DNA of 32,000 nucleotides from contig NZ_CP065936.1 in NCBI RefSeq assembly GCF_003367075.2, positions 1,590,001-1,622,000 on the forward strand, given 5' to 3'. The notes beneath the pieces were generated by a model that saw nothing but the letters and a program-made list of their open reading frames with translations, made no database searches and had not been told where the DNA came from. The first letter of the stretch is position 1. Every line of letters starts with the position of its first letter. The DNA comes from Cylindrospermopsis raciborskii Cr2010 (GTDB taxonomy: Bacteria > Cyanobacteriota > Cyanobacteriia > Cyanobacteriales > Nostocaceae). A program made the translations under genes and the position numbers. This document shows positions 18,491-27,763 of this stretch, piece after piece.

Positions 18491-18715
18491 TTGAATATGT
18501 TTTTACAAGTCAAAGGTAAAGTAGACCTAGTTAAGATTGTTGATTTTCAGGAACTACTGGACCCCAATAGTAGCATAGTCCATGGAAAAGACCAAGAGGG
18601 AGAGGAGGAGCAGGACATGGATATCTATGAAAAACAGGATTTAGTTTTTCCCTCTGGAGAAGAATTACCCAGATGTTGGCGGGATCCACATTATCGGAGT
18701 TTGAGATCCAGATAG
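18491..18715 (+). CDS. Small acidic hypothetical protein
   Basis: 74 aa, starts after an AGGAG-like RBS (ctaaggagagttgaatATG); FPSGEELPRCWRDPHYRSL tail looks conserved rather than random. Confidence 0.55.
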   Translation: MNMFLQVKGKVDLVKIVDFQELLDPNSSIVHGKDQEGEEEQDMDIYEKQDLVFPSGEELPRCWRDPHYRSLRSR

Positions 18716-18789
18716 TGCTGGACGGTTCACAGTTTTTAAAAACATCTACCTGTGTGTTAAGGCACCACGGGTCTGGTTGAAATTGTGAC

Positions 18790-19863
18790 CTACAAAGCAG
18801 CTAATTCAGATTCTATTCTTGATGACTGTAAATCTCGACCAATGAAAACTAGTCGGGTTTGTTTTTCTTCCTTGGGTTTCCAGGGGCGATCATAAAATTT
18901 GTCAAATCGTGTGCCTACTCCCTGCATGACCAATCGCATAGGTTTATTAGGAACAGCAACAAATCCTTTAATTCTATAAATTTCCTGTTTTTTTGCCAGT
19001 TTTTGTAGTGTGTCCTGCAATTTTTCTGGGTCAAAACTACGATTAAAAATTAGATGGGTCGAGTTAATTTCATCATCATGGTCATGATCCTCATCCACGT
19101 CATGATGGCTAGGACGCTGATCTAAATTATCTTCAACTGCTGCTTGGTATCCCAACAATATGGATGGGTCAAGTTTACCATAATCGCTGGCAACAATTTT
19201 CACTTCCCTGGGTAATTCCTGGGTAACCAATTCTAAAACCTGAGACTTTTGTTGCTCATCAACCAAATCTGTTTTATTCAAAATCACTAAATCAGCACAA
19301 GCTAGTTGATCTGAGAACAGTTCTTGTAATGGCGTTTCATGTTCTAGACTGTCGTCTTTTTCTCTCTGACGTGCGATCGCCTGTAGATCGCTAGCGAAGG
19401 TGCCCGCTGCAACTGCTGCACAATCTACCACTGTAATCACAGCATCCACCGTAGCAGCGCTACGAATTTCTTGCCAACGAAAAGCCTTCACTAAAGGTTT
19501 AGGTAGTGCTAAACCGGATGTTTCAATGACAATACAATCAATAGTATGACGGCGTTTAATTAGCTCCTGCATAGTAGGGTAAAACTCTTCTTGTACGGTG
19601 CAACATAGACAACCATTTGTCAATTCAAATATATTAGTATTTTCTTGGGTATTTTCCTGATTTTGGGGATTGGTTGAATTTTCATCTTCTGGACAAACTT
19701 GGCAAGATTTTAATATTTCTCCATCTATTCCTAATTCACCAAATTCGTTTACCAGTACTGCTATGCGTCGTCCTTGGTTGTTTTGTAGTAAGTGACGAAT
19801 CAAGCTAGTTTTACCACTCCCTAAAAATCCTGTGATTACTGTTACGGGTATTTTTGCGGCCAT
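18790..19863 (-). CDS. CobW/COG0523-family metal-chaperone GTPase
   Basis: GFLGSGKTSLIRHLL Walker A, GCLCCTVQ metal-binding motif, NKTDLVDE, His/Asp-rich stretch HHDVDEDHDHDDE. Confidence 0.92.
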   Translation of the reverse strand: MAAKIPVTVITGFLGSGKTSLIRHLLQNNQGRRIAVLVNEFGELGIDGEILKSCQVCPEDENSTNPQNQENTQENTNIFELTNGCLCCTVQEEFYPTMQELIKRRHTIDCIVIETSGLALPKPLVKAFRWQEIRSAATVDAVITVVDCAAVAAGTFASDLQAIARQREKDDSLEHETPLQELFSDQLACADLVILNKTDLVDEQQKSQVLELVTQELPREVKIVASDYGKLDPSILLGYQAAVEDNLDQRPSHHDVDEDHDHDDEINSTHLIFNRSFDPEKLQDTLQKLAKKQEIYRIKGFVAVPNKPMRLVMQGVGTRFDKFYDRPWKPKEEKQTRLVFIGRDLQSSRIESELAAL

Positions 19864-19941
19864 ATTGACTGAGTTATTTTTCTACCTATTGATTTTAGCA
19901 AAAAATTGACCTAAATTATATAGAAAATTCTCATACCCGAG

Positions 19942-21348
19942 CTAGGTTGATAAACTCATGATTCGTCGATAATGGGACTCAATTTTGCCTAGAGTGGGTG
20001 ATTCTCTCCCAGCTTCCCACCCACTGCGGTCAAATAACTCCTGGCGTAATTCGTCAATATCAATAGTTGTCAATTTACCATTAACAACAATTGGTCTACC
20101 ATCAACCCAAACACTATCAATAACATTTACAGGACGACCTAAAACTAATAAACCAATGGGGTCTGTACGGGGTAATAACGATAAAGCTGTTAAATCATAA
20201 AGAACTAAATCCGCTTTTTTACCTACAGTTATAGAACCTAAATGATTATGTACGCCTAATCCCTTAGCTCCACCCAAACATGCCATTTCCACAGATTGCT
20301 TAGGTGTAATCCAAGACCTATAGTCTGGATCCGTAATGTTATGTAAAATTGAGCCGATTTTAATTGCTTCTAACAAATCCTGAGAATCATTACTAGAAGC
20401 ACCATCACAACCAAAAGAGATATTTACCCCTGCTCTAAGACATTTTAAAATCGGGGCAATACCACTACCCAAACGCAAATTACTTAAAGGATTATGAACA
20501 ATAGTAGATTTAGTTAAGGCTAAAATTTCTATGTCAGTATCATTTAACCAAACACCATGAGCTAAACTAGTCTTTTCATCTAAAAAACCTATTTCTTGTA
20601 AATGTTTAACCGCACTACATTCATACTTTTCAGCTGCTAACTTTTCCTGAGCCTTGGTTTCTAATAAATGACTATGACGACTAAGTTGATAGCGATCGCT
20701 TAATGCTACACAACCTGTAAATAAAGCATCTGTACATAATTGAATGCCCGTGGGTCCAACTAAAATACTTGTCCCTTTCTCCGGTTGGTGAAAGTTAATT
20801 ACAGCTTGTTCCACAATAGCTAAAGTTTCATCGGTTGAGCGACAATAATATTCATGACTAGCCAATAATTTCCCCTCTGGCATTCCTGCAGTTAAAGGTT
20901 CATCTTGAATTAAAGGTGCAATAAAAGCTCTAATTCCCAATGTTTGATAAGCTCGAACTACTGTAGCAATGGTTTCTAATTCTTGACCTGGAATTAACAC
21001 CAAATGATCTACAACACTTGTACCTCCAGACAATAGAGTTTCCACCCCGGTACCTAAAGCACTAAGATAGACTCTTTCCATATCTAAGGGAGAAAAATCA
21101 CATAAGTGCGCTAACCATAACTCCAAAGGTAAGGGAGGGATAATTCCCCGTTGCCATTTTTCTACGGAATGGGTGTGAGCGTTAAAAAAACCTGGTAGCA
21201 CCAGTTTATCTTGGCCATCAATTAGAGTACCAATGACATTTAAATTTTGCCCCACCTGAGTAATTATACCCTCCATCACTTGAATATCTAGGGTTGTATA
21301 ACCTTCTTTCACCGGACTTAGGGCATTCTTAATAGTGAAATTCATCAT
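19942..21348 (-). CDS. Metal-dependent amidohydrolase (TRZ/ATZ / cytosine-guanine deaminase-like)
   Basis: HxH motif LVLPGFFNAHTHSVEKW, later GCDGASSNDSQDLLEAI, C-terminal LGSITVGKKADLVLYDL. Confidence 0.88.
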   Translation of the reverse strand: MMNFTIKNALSPVKEGYTTLDIQVMEGIITQVGQNLNVIGTLIDGQDKLVLPGFFNAHTHSVEKWQRGIIPPLPLELWLAHLCDFSPLDMERVYLSALGTGVETLLSGGTSVVDHLVLIPGQELETIATVVRAYQTLGIRAFIAPLIQDEPLTAGMPEGKLLASHEYYCRSTDETLAIVEQAVINFHQPEKGTSILVGPTGIQLCTDALFTGCVALSDRYQLSRHSHLLETKAQEKLAAEKYECSAVKHLQEIGFLDEKTSLAHGVWLNDTDIEILALTKSTIVHNPLSNLRLGSGIAPILKCLRAGVNISFGCDGASSNDSQDLLEAIKIGSILHNITDPDYRSWITPKQSVEMACLGGAKGLGVHNHLGSITVGKKADLVLYDLTALSLLPRTDPIGLLVLGRPVNVIDSVWVDGRPIVVNGKLTTIDIDELRQELFDRSGWEAGRESPTLGKIESHYRRIMSLST

Positions 21349-21607
21349 TTTTGCCTTTTTGTAAATTTTACCTTTTTTTAAAGTTAATTCCCTAACTCCC
21401 GAATTATTATTATTTGTTGTTTGTTATTGTTTGTAGTTAAAAATTTAGCAATCATTTTGAATGCTGAACCAATCATTATGGAAATGCTGGGGGTGAACTA
21501 AGGATTAGTAAAAGATTGACAGGTAAAGTTAAGTCTAGACGGCGTTGTGACTTGTAAAATCAAGCTAGTTACCATTATAACAAAACTAAGTAAAAATTCT
21601 TAATTCT

Positions 21608-22045
21608 ATGATTAGTCATCATTGTATTATTCCCGTGATAAAATCTCCTCGAGATTATCAAGCATACCGTATTAGCCCTCACGATACCAATCGGTTAGCA
21701 ATTATCTTCGATTCCAACACAGCTAATACTTCTTTAACTTGCTGTGTGGAAATTTTTGATATTGGTGGACAAACTCCACCCAATCGCCATCAATGGGCCA
21801 TAGAAATGTTTTTCATTCTCAAGGGAGAAGGTATAGCAATTTGTGACGGTAAAAAAGTAAATATCAAAGCTGGAGATAGTTTATTAGTACCACCCATGGG
21901 GATCCATCTGATTAGAAATACGGGTAAAACTCGTCTTTATATACTTACTGTTATGATTCCTAATGAGGATTTCTCGGAACTGATTAGAAGTGGGATACCT
22001 GTAGACCTGGATGTGGAAGATCTGTCGGTTTTAGGAAGACTTTGA
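21608..22045 (+). CDS. Cupin-domain protein
   Basis: EMFFILKGEGIAICDGKKVNIKAGDSLLVPPMGIHLIRNTG matches the cupin motif pattern; 145 aa. Confidence 0.82.
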   Translation: MISHHCIIPVIKSPRDYQAYRISPHDTNRLAIIFDSNTANTSLTCCVEIFDIGGQTPPNRHQWAIEMFFILKGEGIAICDGKKVNIKAGDSLLVPPMGIHLIRNTGKTRLYILTVMIPNEDFSELIRSGIPVDLDVEDLSVLGRL

Positions 22046-22209
22046 CCTCCGTCTAAGGACACCCAACCTACAAGATAGCAATAGCGCAACAGAAAGATGT
22101 AACTAAAGACATATACTATAGATTCCACATTCTACCATAATAATCATCTTATAGGTATTCCCTTAATTAGAATTGAAAGATTAGCTCAACAGAAATCTAT
22201 GTCAATAAT

Positions 22210-22671
22210 ATGAGGAAGATGAGGAAGAAAAACAACAAAATTTGTAAACAGTCAGGAGTAATTCCCTATCGCCTGTGTGACGGGAAAGTAGAAGTATTAT
22301 TAATCACCAGTCGTAAACGGCAAAGCCTTGTAATTCCCAAGGGAGGAATTTGTAAGGGGATGACACCACCGGATTCAGCTGCAAAGGAAGCATGGGAAGA
22401 AGCAGGTGTAGTTGGTCAAGTTAATACCCAAAAGCTTGGTGCTTATAAATATCGTAAACGGGGCAATATTTATCAAGTTCATCTATTTTGGTTACCAGTA
22501 GAAAAAATCTTAGAGGATTGGCCAGAAGCAAGTCAAAGACAGCGAATATGGCTAGATATTAATCATGCTGCTATTATAGTTAAGGAGAACTATTTGAAAA
22601 AAATTTTGCAAAATTCCCAAGAACAAGTCAGGGTTTTTACTAGCGAGCGATTAGAAACTATGGGTTTCTAA
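22210..22671 (+). CDS. NUDIX hydrolase
   Basis: Nudix box GGICKGMTPPDSAAKEAWEEAGVVGQ. Confidence 0.88.
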   Translation: MRKMRKKNNKICKQSGVIPYRLCDGKVEVLLITSRKRQSLVIPKGGICKGMTPPDSAAKEAWEEAGVVGQVNTQKLGAYKYRKRGNIYQVHLFWLPVEKILEDWPEASQRQRIWLDINHAAIIVKENYLKKILQNSQEQVRVFTSERLETMGF

Positions 22672-22700
22672 TCGCGTAGATGAGTCAGAGACCTAGAAAA

Positions 22701-25700
22701 TTAAACATTAGCAGACATATTAACTTGAACAACTAAGTCATTGTAATCCCTATCCCCACCACCTCTGAGATCTTCAAAACCAAAGGTGTTGTCTCCTAAA
22801 AGTCGAACATGGTCAACCCGATCAGGGTTAGCACCTAAATATGTGAAATATATGTCGGGATTGGAGTTGGCGGAAATATCGCTATTAAGAACAGTGTCGG
22901 GTCTGCCATTGACAATTATAAATGGCACATACAGCCCTCCTCCTGATAAGGTACTATTAAAAGTAGACTTATTTCCATCAGGAACATTTAAACCCAAACC
23001 ACTTAAATGTTGATTAACAGCAGCTTGAATGTAACCAGCGTCTCCCGGAAGCAAATCCGCAGTTCCATCATTATTGGTATCAATGCCACCCTTTTCATCA
23101 GTTACCTTATAAAAGCCCACATAATTATCAAAGCTCGCCTCCCTATAAACTGTAAATTGGGCATTTACGGGACCCGTTACCCCGCGTAAATCTATACTTT
23201 CTCCCTGGGACTTCTCCTGTAAATTTGCCCCCATAGGTAAGGGTTTAGTAGTAGGTCTAGCTTTGAAAACTAGATCGTTGGACTGCAAGGAAAAACTATT
23301 ATCAGGCAATTGTGTTACCTGAAGATTTGAAGAGTCTAAAAAAGTTACCTGATTAATTGGCAACAGGCCATTTTTAACAGAATCAGTAGTGCCATTATCT
23401 ATAACATAGAATCTCAAATTGGGGTTTGCTTCCTGAAACCCTAAGATTCTGGTGACATTTGCGTTATTAAACTCATTAGGTGTTTTGGAAAGAATGGAAA
23501 AAACTACCTTACTTCTCGCTAAAGCAGCTTCTGAATAACCAACCTGACCAGGTGCAATACCGTTAATCTTACCACTAGGATCATCAACAGTAAATACTCC
23601 TAATTCACGTATGGAAGCAGGAATCTTATCCATAAGCTGAAATTCAACCCTAGTAGTGCTACTACTCAGGACATTATTATTACTGCTCAAGATATTATCA
23701 GCGCTTCCCGTTGATGTGGATGGAATGTCAGAGGAATCGGTAAGATCAGATCCCGTTGATGTGGATGGAATGTCAGGGGAATCGGTAAGATCAGATCCAG
23801 ATCCTTCCGTTGAGTTATTATCGCTATCACCTTCTCCCATAACTCCATCCAGAATTTCATCGGGAGTCCCCTCAGATTCGCTGTTGTTATCTTCAATAAC
23901 TCCACCGGTAATTTCATCCTCAGTTCCATCAATAGTGAATTCTGCGGTTAAGGATAGTCCTCCCCTATCTGTGGTAATCACACTGATGGTGTAAATGGGC
24001 TGATTTTCAAAATCGAGGGACTCCTTGCTGATTAATTGATTATCCTGAATACTAAATAAACCATTGTCAGGATAGTTCTCATCATCGGATAAGCTATAGG
24101 TAAAAGAATCATCCGCATTCGGATCCACAGTTGTAAAAGTGCCAATTACATTTGATTCCAGACCATTTTCATCAACTCTATTGTTAGTTTTTAAAAACAA
24201 ACCGCTAGGAGCTTCATTGATTATGTCGGATTCACCACCATTTCCTTCCGTTACTTCATCAGTAATTTCTCCGGTATCTGTGGGACTATTTTTGCCAAAA
24301 ACTACATAGACTTCCCCAGAACCAGCAAAGGGAGCGCTGATCAGTATATCACTGACACCATCACCATTGATATCTCCCACACCACTAGCTGAATAACCTA
24401 AATTATGGTTTTCTGACTTACCATTGATGATAAAACCTTTGGTATCATCAATTTCCGCAAGATTGATAGCAGAACTAAATTTATCGCCGCCAAAGATTAC
24501 ATAACCTTGTCCAGAATTATCATTATTAGCATCTGCATGACTAGCACTAACCAGAAGATCGTCAATTCCATCACCATTCACATCTCCTAGACCAGTTACA
24601 GCCCAGCTTGCCTTATCTAGTTCGCCAATACCGTTAATTACAAACCCATTATTACCATTAAGATTGGACAAGTCTAGTTGGGAACTAAACTGGGTACGGG
24701 CACCAAATACAACATAAGCCACGCCAGCTGCATCTATCCCATTGGGATCTGCATCATGGGCGCTGACAATTATATCCCCAATACCATCATGATTAATATC
24801 CCCCGCACTACTAACGGAGAATCCTAATTGATCGCCCTCCTGTCCATTGATGACAACCCCATTAACACCATCAAGTTGGGAGACATCTAAGGAAGATGAG
24901 AATGATTCCTTCCTACCAAATATTACATAAGCTTGTCCGGAACGGAAACCGTTGAAATCATTAAAGGGTGAGCCAATAATCAAGTCATCAATTCCATCAC
25001 CGTTAAAGTCTCCACCTCTATTGAGACCAACACCTAAGTAGTCATCTGCTCTAGAACCATTGATAACAAAGCCATTATTGCCATTAAGACTATTGAGATC
25101 AAAATTGGGATTACTGGGATTAAATTTCTCGCTACCAAATATTACGTAAACCTTACCAGCTTGATCACCTGTCACTGGGGGATAGACGTAAGCGTTGGGA
25201 GGTGCAGCAATAATTACATCATCAAAACCATCTTGGTTGATATCACCTGCACCACTGACCCTATAACCTAATTGGTCTTGAGGATTTAGACCGTTAATAA
25301 TAAAACCGTTATCACCCAGATTGGAGGGGTTAATAGTGGGGAGAGAACTAAAACTCCTGCGGCCAAATATTAGGTATGCTGCTCCAGAGTCATCTCCATT
25401 ACTGTCCGCAAAAGGAGCGCCAATGATCAGGTCGTCAATACCATCACCATTAATATCTCCTGCTGCACTTACAGAACGACCTGATTGATCGCCTATTCCA
25501 CCACCATTAACCGTAAACCCATTGATTCCATCTAAGGTCGAGATGTCTATAATGTTGGCAAAACCGTTGTTGCTACCAAATACTATATAACTGTTTCCCG
25601 CATTACTTTGGTCATTGGGATCACTTAAAGGTGCCCCAATAATAATATCATTAATTCCGTCACCATTAATATCTCCAGCATTGCTAATTGAGTACCCTAA

Positions 25701-25883
25701 ATTGTCATCTTTATCATTACCGTTGATGATGGTCAATCCATTTTTTCCATCAAGTGTGGAGAGGTCAACAAATTTTTTAGTCATAATTTCTGTGGTATTT
25801 TTATTTGCTTGCTGTTTGCTATTAATTGTGTTTTTGTTGATAGATGTATCTCTCAATCTCCATGGCAAAATACCCATATTCAT
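22701..25883 (-). CDS. FG-GAP (integrin-alpha-like) seven-repeat protein with cadherin-like domain and DUF4114-like C-terminus
   Basis: Seven GFxING...DxLGxSVSxAGDINGDGIDDLIIGAP repeats, a cadherin-like SLTAEFTIDG/DENGLESNVIGTF region, and a C-terminal FGFEDLRGGGDRDYNDLVVQV motif. No N-terminal signal peptide; M34 (25784) is an alternative start. Confidence 0.88.
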   Translation of the reverse strand: MNMGILPWRLRDTSINKNTINSKQQANKNTTEIMTKKFVDLSTLDGKNGLTIINGNDKDDNLGYSISNAGDINGDGINDIIIGAPLSDPNDQSNAGNSYIVFGSNNGFANIIDISTLDGINGFTVNGGGIGDQSGRSVSAAGDINGDGIDDLIIGAPFADSNGDDSGAAYLIFGRRSFSSLPTINPSNLGDNGFIINGLNPQDQLGYRVSGAGDINQDGFDDVIIAAPPNAYVYPPVTGDQAGKVYVIFGSEKFNPSNPNFDLNSLNGNNGFVINGSRADDYLGVGLNRGGDFNGDGIDDLIIGSPFNDFNGFRSGQAYVIFGRKESFSSSLDVSQLDGVNGVVINGQEGDQLGFSVSSAGDINHDGIGDIIVSAHDADPNGIDAAGVAYVVFGARTQFSSQLDLSNLNGNNGFVINGIGELDKASWAVTGLGDVNGDGIDDLLVSASHADANNDNSGQGYVIFGGDKFSSAINLAEIDDTKGFIINGKSENHNLGYSASGVGDINGDGVSDILISAPFAGSGEVYVVFGKNSPTDTGEITDEVTEGNGGESDIINEAPSGLFLKTNNRVDENGLESNVIGTFTTVDPNADDSFTYSLSDDENYPDNGLFSIQDNQLISKESLDFENQPIYTISVITTDRGGLSLTAEFTIDGTEDEITGGVIEDNNSESEGTPDEILDGVMGEGDSDNNSTEGSGSDLTDSPDIPSTSTGSDLTDSSDIPSTSTGSADNILSSNNNVLSSSTTRVEFQLMDKIPASIRELGVFTVDDPSGKINGIAPGQVGYSEAALARSKVVFSILSKTPNEFNNANVTRILGFQEANPNLRFYVIDNGTTDSVKNGLLPINQVTFLDSSNLQVTQLPDNSFSLQSNDLVFKARPTTKPLPMGANLQEKSQGESIDLRGVTGPVNAQFTVYREASFDNYVGFYKVTDEKGGIDTNNDGTADLLPGDAGYIQAAVNQHLSGLGLNVPDGNKSTFNSTLSGGGLYVPFIIVNGRPDTVLNSDISANSNPDIYFTYLGANPDRVDHVRLLGDNTFGFEDLRGGGDRDYNDLVVQVNMSANV
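23707..23795. repeat. Two near-identical 45-bp tandem units within the linker of the FG-GAP gene
   Basis: CCCGTTGATGTGGATGGAATGTCAGAGGAATCGGTAAGATCAGAT repeated with period 45 bp (starts 23707 and 23752); encodes GSDLTDSPDIPSTST / GSDLTDSSDIPSTST. Confidence 0.85.
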
Positions 25884-26124
25884 TGCTTGAATTAGGGAAA
25901 CAAAAACCCAATTTCAAAAAATTTTCCATGCCAGATGCCTAATGTTTATCGCTAGAAAATGTCAAGGTTTTAAGCTATAAGCAGTGGGTTTGTACATTGA
26001 CTTTCTATCAAACACCTGTAATAATCATATCGTAGATACAGTGCTATCAATTGTCAAGTGTTCAATTATGAAGTTATTTTGTTATCAACTGTTGAATTGT
26101 AAGTTTTTCTTAATGGTTTTACCC

Positions 26125-26155
26125 AAATAAATAAGGGCTAGGCCCTTATTTATTT
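26125..26155 (-). terminator. Perfect 14-bp hairpin downstream of the WD40/TolB-like gene
   Basis: AAATAAATAAGGGC (26125-26138) / TAG / GCCCTTATTTATTT (26142-26155), A/T-rich flank; 35 bp past the stop at 26190. Confidence 0.85.
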
Positions 26156-26189
26156 TCACCTCTTCCCTAAGGTTCTAGCACGCACTATA

Positions 26190-27410
26190 TTATCTAGCAG
26201 CAACTTCAGGATCTAACCAAATAGTTTGTCCCTTATTACCAAAAATTATAGGTTGATCATCACTAATATTCATGTTAATGTTCTTACCATCACCACTAAC
26301 TTGCACTAATGGCCAGTTTTCTTCTCCTAACTCACCTGAGCGGAATAGCACATAATTGGGTTGTTTTTTGCTCCAACCCAATAAAATGGCAATTTTCTCA
26401 TGCTCCCCTTCTCCTGGAGGGGGAACTACTGTGGTGGTGGCATTTTGTTGGCGATTCCAAATGACTGCATTATCTGTTACATCTGCTGTGTTGAAAGTGC
26501 CCACAAATTTTCTGGCTAAAAACTGATCCCCTTTTTCTGACCAACTAACCGGGACTAAAATCCCTATCTTACCTTGATTGTTGGTCTCTGGGGTAAATTT
26601 TCCATTCTTTGATAACATATCAACAGCGTCTGATGTTTTAGCCAGGATATTCAATCTTTTAGTCTGTCTATCTTCAATAAACAACAGACTACTAACCTGG
26701 CTATTGTGCATTTCCGGTTCTACTTCCAGTTGTACCCGACTATAAACTGCATATCTACCATCAGGAGATACCACAGGAGTGCTGCGATATTGCCGCACTC
26801 CTGAACGTCCCTGACCACCAATTGCTTCCTGGGTCATTACTATCCACTTCCAGGGTATGGGATGGGGACTATTAATGGGATCTGCTGGCACTCCATTGGA
26901 TATGCTTACCTGCTCTTCTGTAGGTACAATTTGTGAACTTCTTGCATCGGAAGGGATTACACCCGTAGCAATACTTTGATTTGGATAATTTTTACTTTTT
27001 GGATGATTAACTCCCTTATCATATATGGCGGATCTATTTGTTCTAGTGCTGGTACTTTCTTCCATCTCCTTCACACCTAACATATTTTCTCTTTCCAGCT
27101 TAACTGCATTTTGTTTTTTGTTAGAGATTTTAGATCGGGAAGACACAGAACTGCTTTTATTAGGTGTCTGGGTTACGGGTAAAGTAGGACCCAATTTGAC
27201 TGATGGGGAATTAAATCCAGATAAATCTTTGGACCCACCCGATTGTGAGGTACTTTTGTCTATTTTTACTTGGGATTGTCTTGCTAAGCTAAAATAGGCT
27301 GACGTACTCAAGATAGGTACTACTATTAATATAACAACTACAACCCGATTAAAACGTGGCTGGGGGTGGAACCATCCTGACTGAGGGAGGGATTTAAGCA
27401 TGGCTTTCAC
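26190..27410 (-). CDS. Membrane-anchored TolB/WD40-like conserved cyanobacterial protein
   Basis: 406 aa; N-terminal TM VVVVILIVVPILSTSAYFSLA; PVVSPDGRYAVYSRVQLE and SLLFIEDRQTKRLNIL blade-like repeats. Confidence 0.65.
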   Translation of the reverse strand: MKAMLKSLPQSGWFHPQPRFNRVVVVILIVVPILSTSAYFSLARQSQVKIDKSTSQSGGSKDLSGFNSPSVKLGPTLPVTQTPNKSSSVSSRSKISNKKQNAVKLERENMLGVKEMEESTSTRTNRSAIYDKGVNHPKSKNYPNQSIATGVIPSDARSSQIVPTEEQVSISNGVPADPINSPHPIPWKWIVMTQEAIGGQGRSGVRQYRSTPVVSPDGRYAVYSRVQLEVEPEMHNSQVSSLLFIEDRQTKRLNILAKTSDAVDMLSKNGKFTPETNNQGKIGILVPVSWSEKGDQFLARKFVGTFNTADVTDNAVIWNRQQNATTTVVPPPGEGEHEKIAILLGWSKKQPNYVLFRSGELGEENWPLVQVSGDGKNINMNISDDQPIIFGNKGQTIWLDPEVAAR

Positions 27411-27763
27411 TATTGATGAGATTTAAGGTGCTGGGCAAGTAGCTTTGTGTGTGCAAGGAAGAGTGCAAATGTTATACATAGCAAAAAATGATAACTCAGG
27501 AGGGTATTTACCTATCCTACCTAACAAAACTATGGTAGCGTGCACCTTTGTGGTAGAGTCAACTGAGGAGTTGACTTCTCCCCGCTCTAAAGAGACTTAG
27601 TTTTAAACCAAGTTTGTCTAGCATAGTACAAAGCGAAGTTATATAAATCCTTTGATTCATGGCAAAGATATTCTATTATGGCTAGAGTATCTTTGTCACC
27701 GCTAATTAAAACTTGTTGACATCCAATCAGAAAAACTACCTCCTTAAAACTAACCAACCTCCG

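Noticed and set aside
21349-21607. TTGTTGTTTGTTATTGTTTG low-complexity stretch as possible tandem repeat or array
   Set aside because: Irregular T/G-rich simple sequence without a stable unit or spacer pattern; not CRISPR-like.
22210-22671. NUDIX + cupin + amidohydrolase considered as a nucleotide-based immune module
   Set aside because: No effector, sensor or nucleotidyltransferase partner; genes have mixed orientation and common housekeeping-type domains.
22786-25890. Several 60-112 aa plus-strand ORFs (22786, 23007, 23656, 25615) and minus-strand 23687..23932
   Set aside because: Antisense or alternate-frame readings of the repetitive FG-GAP gene; repeat composition keeps frames open.
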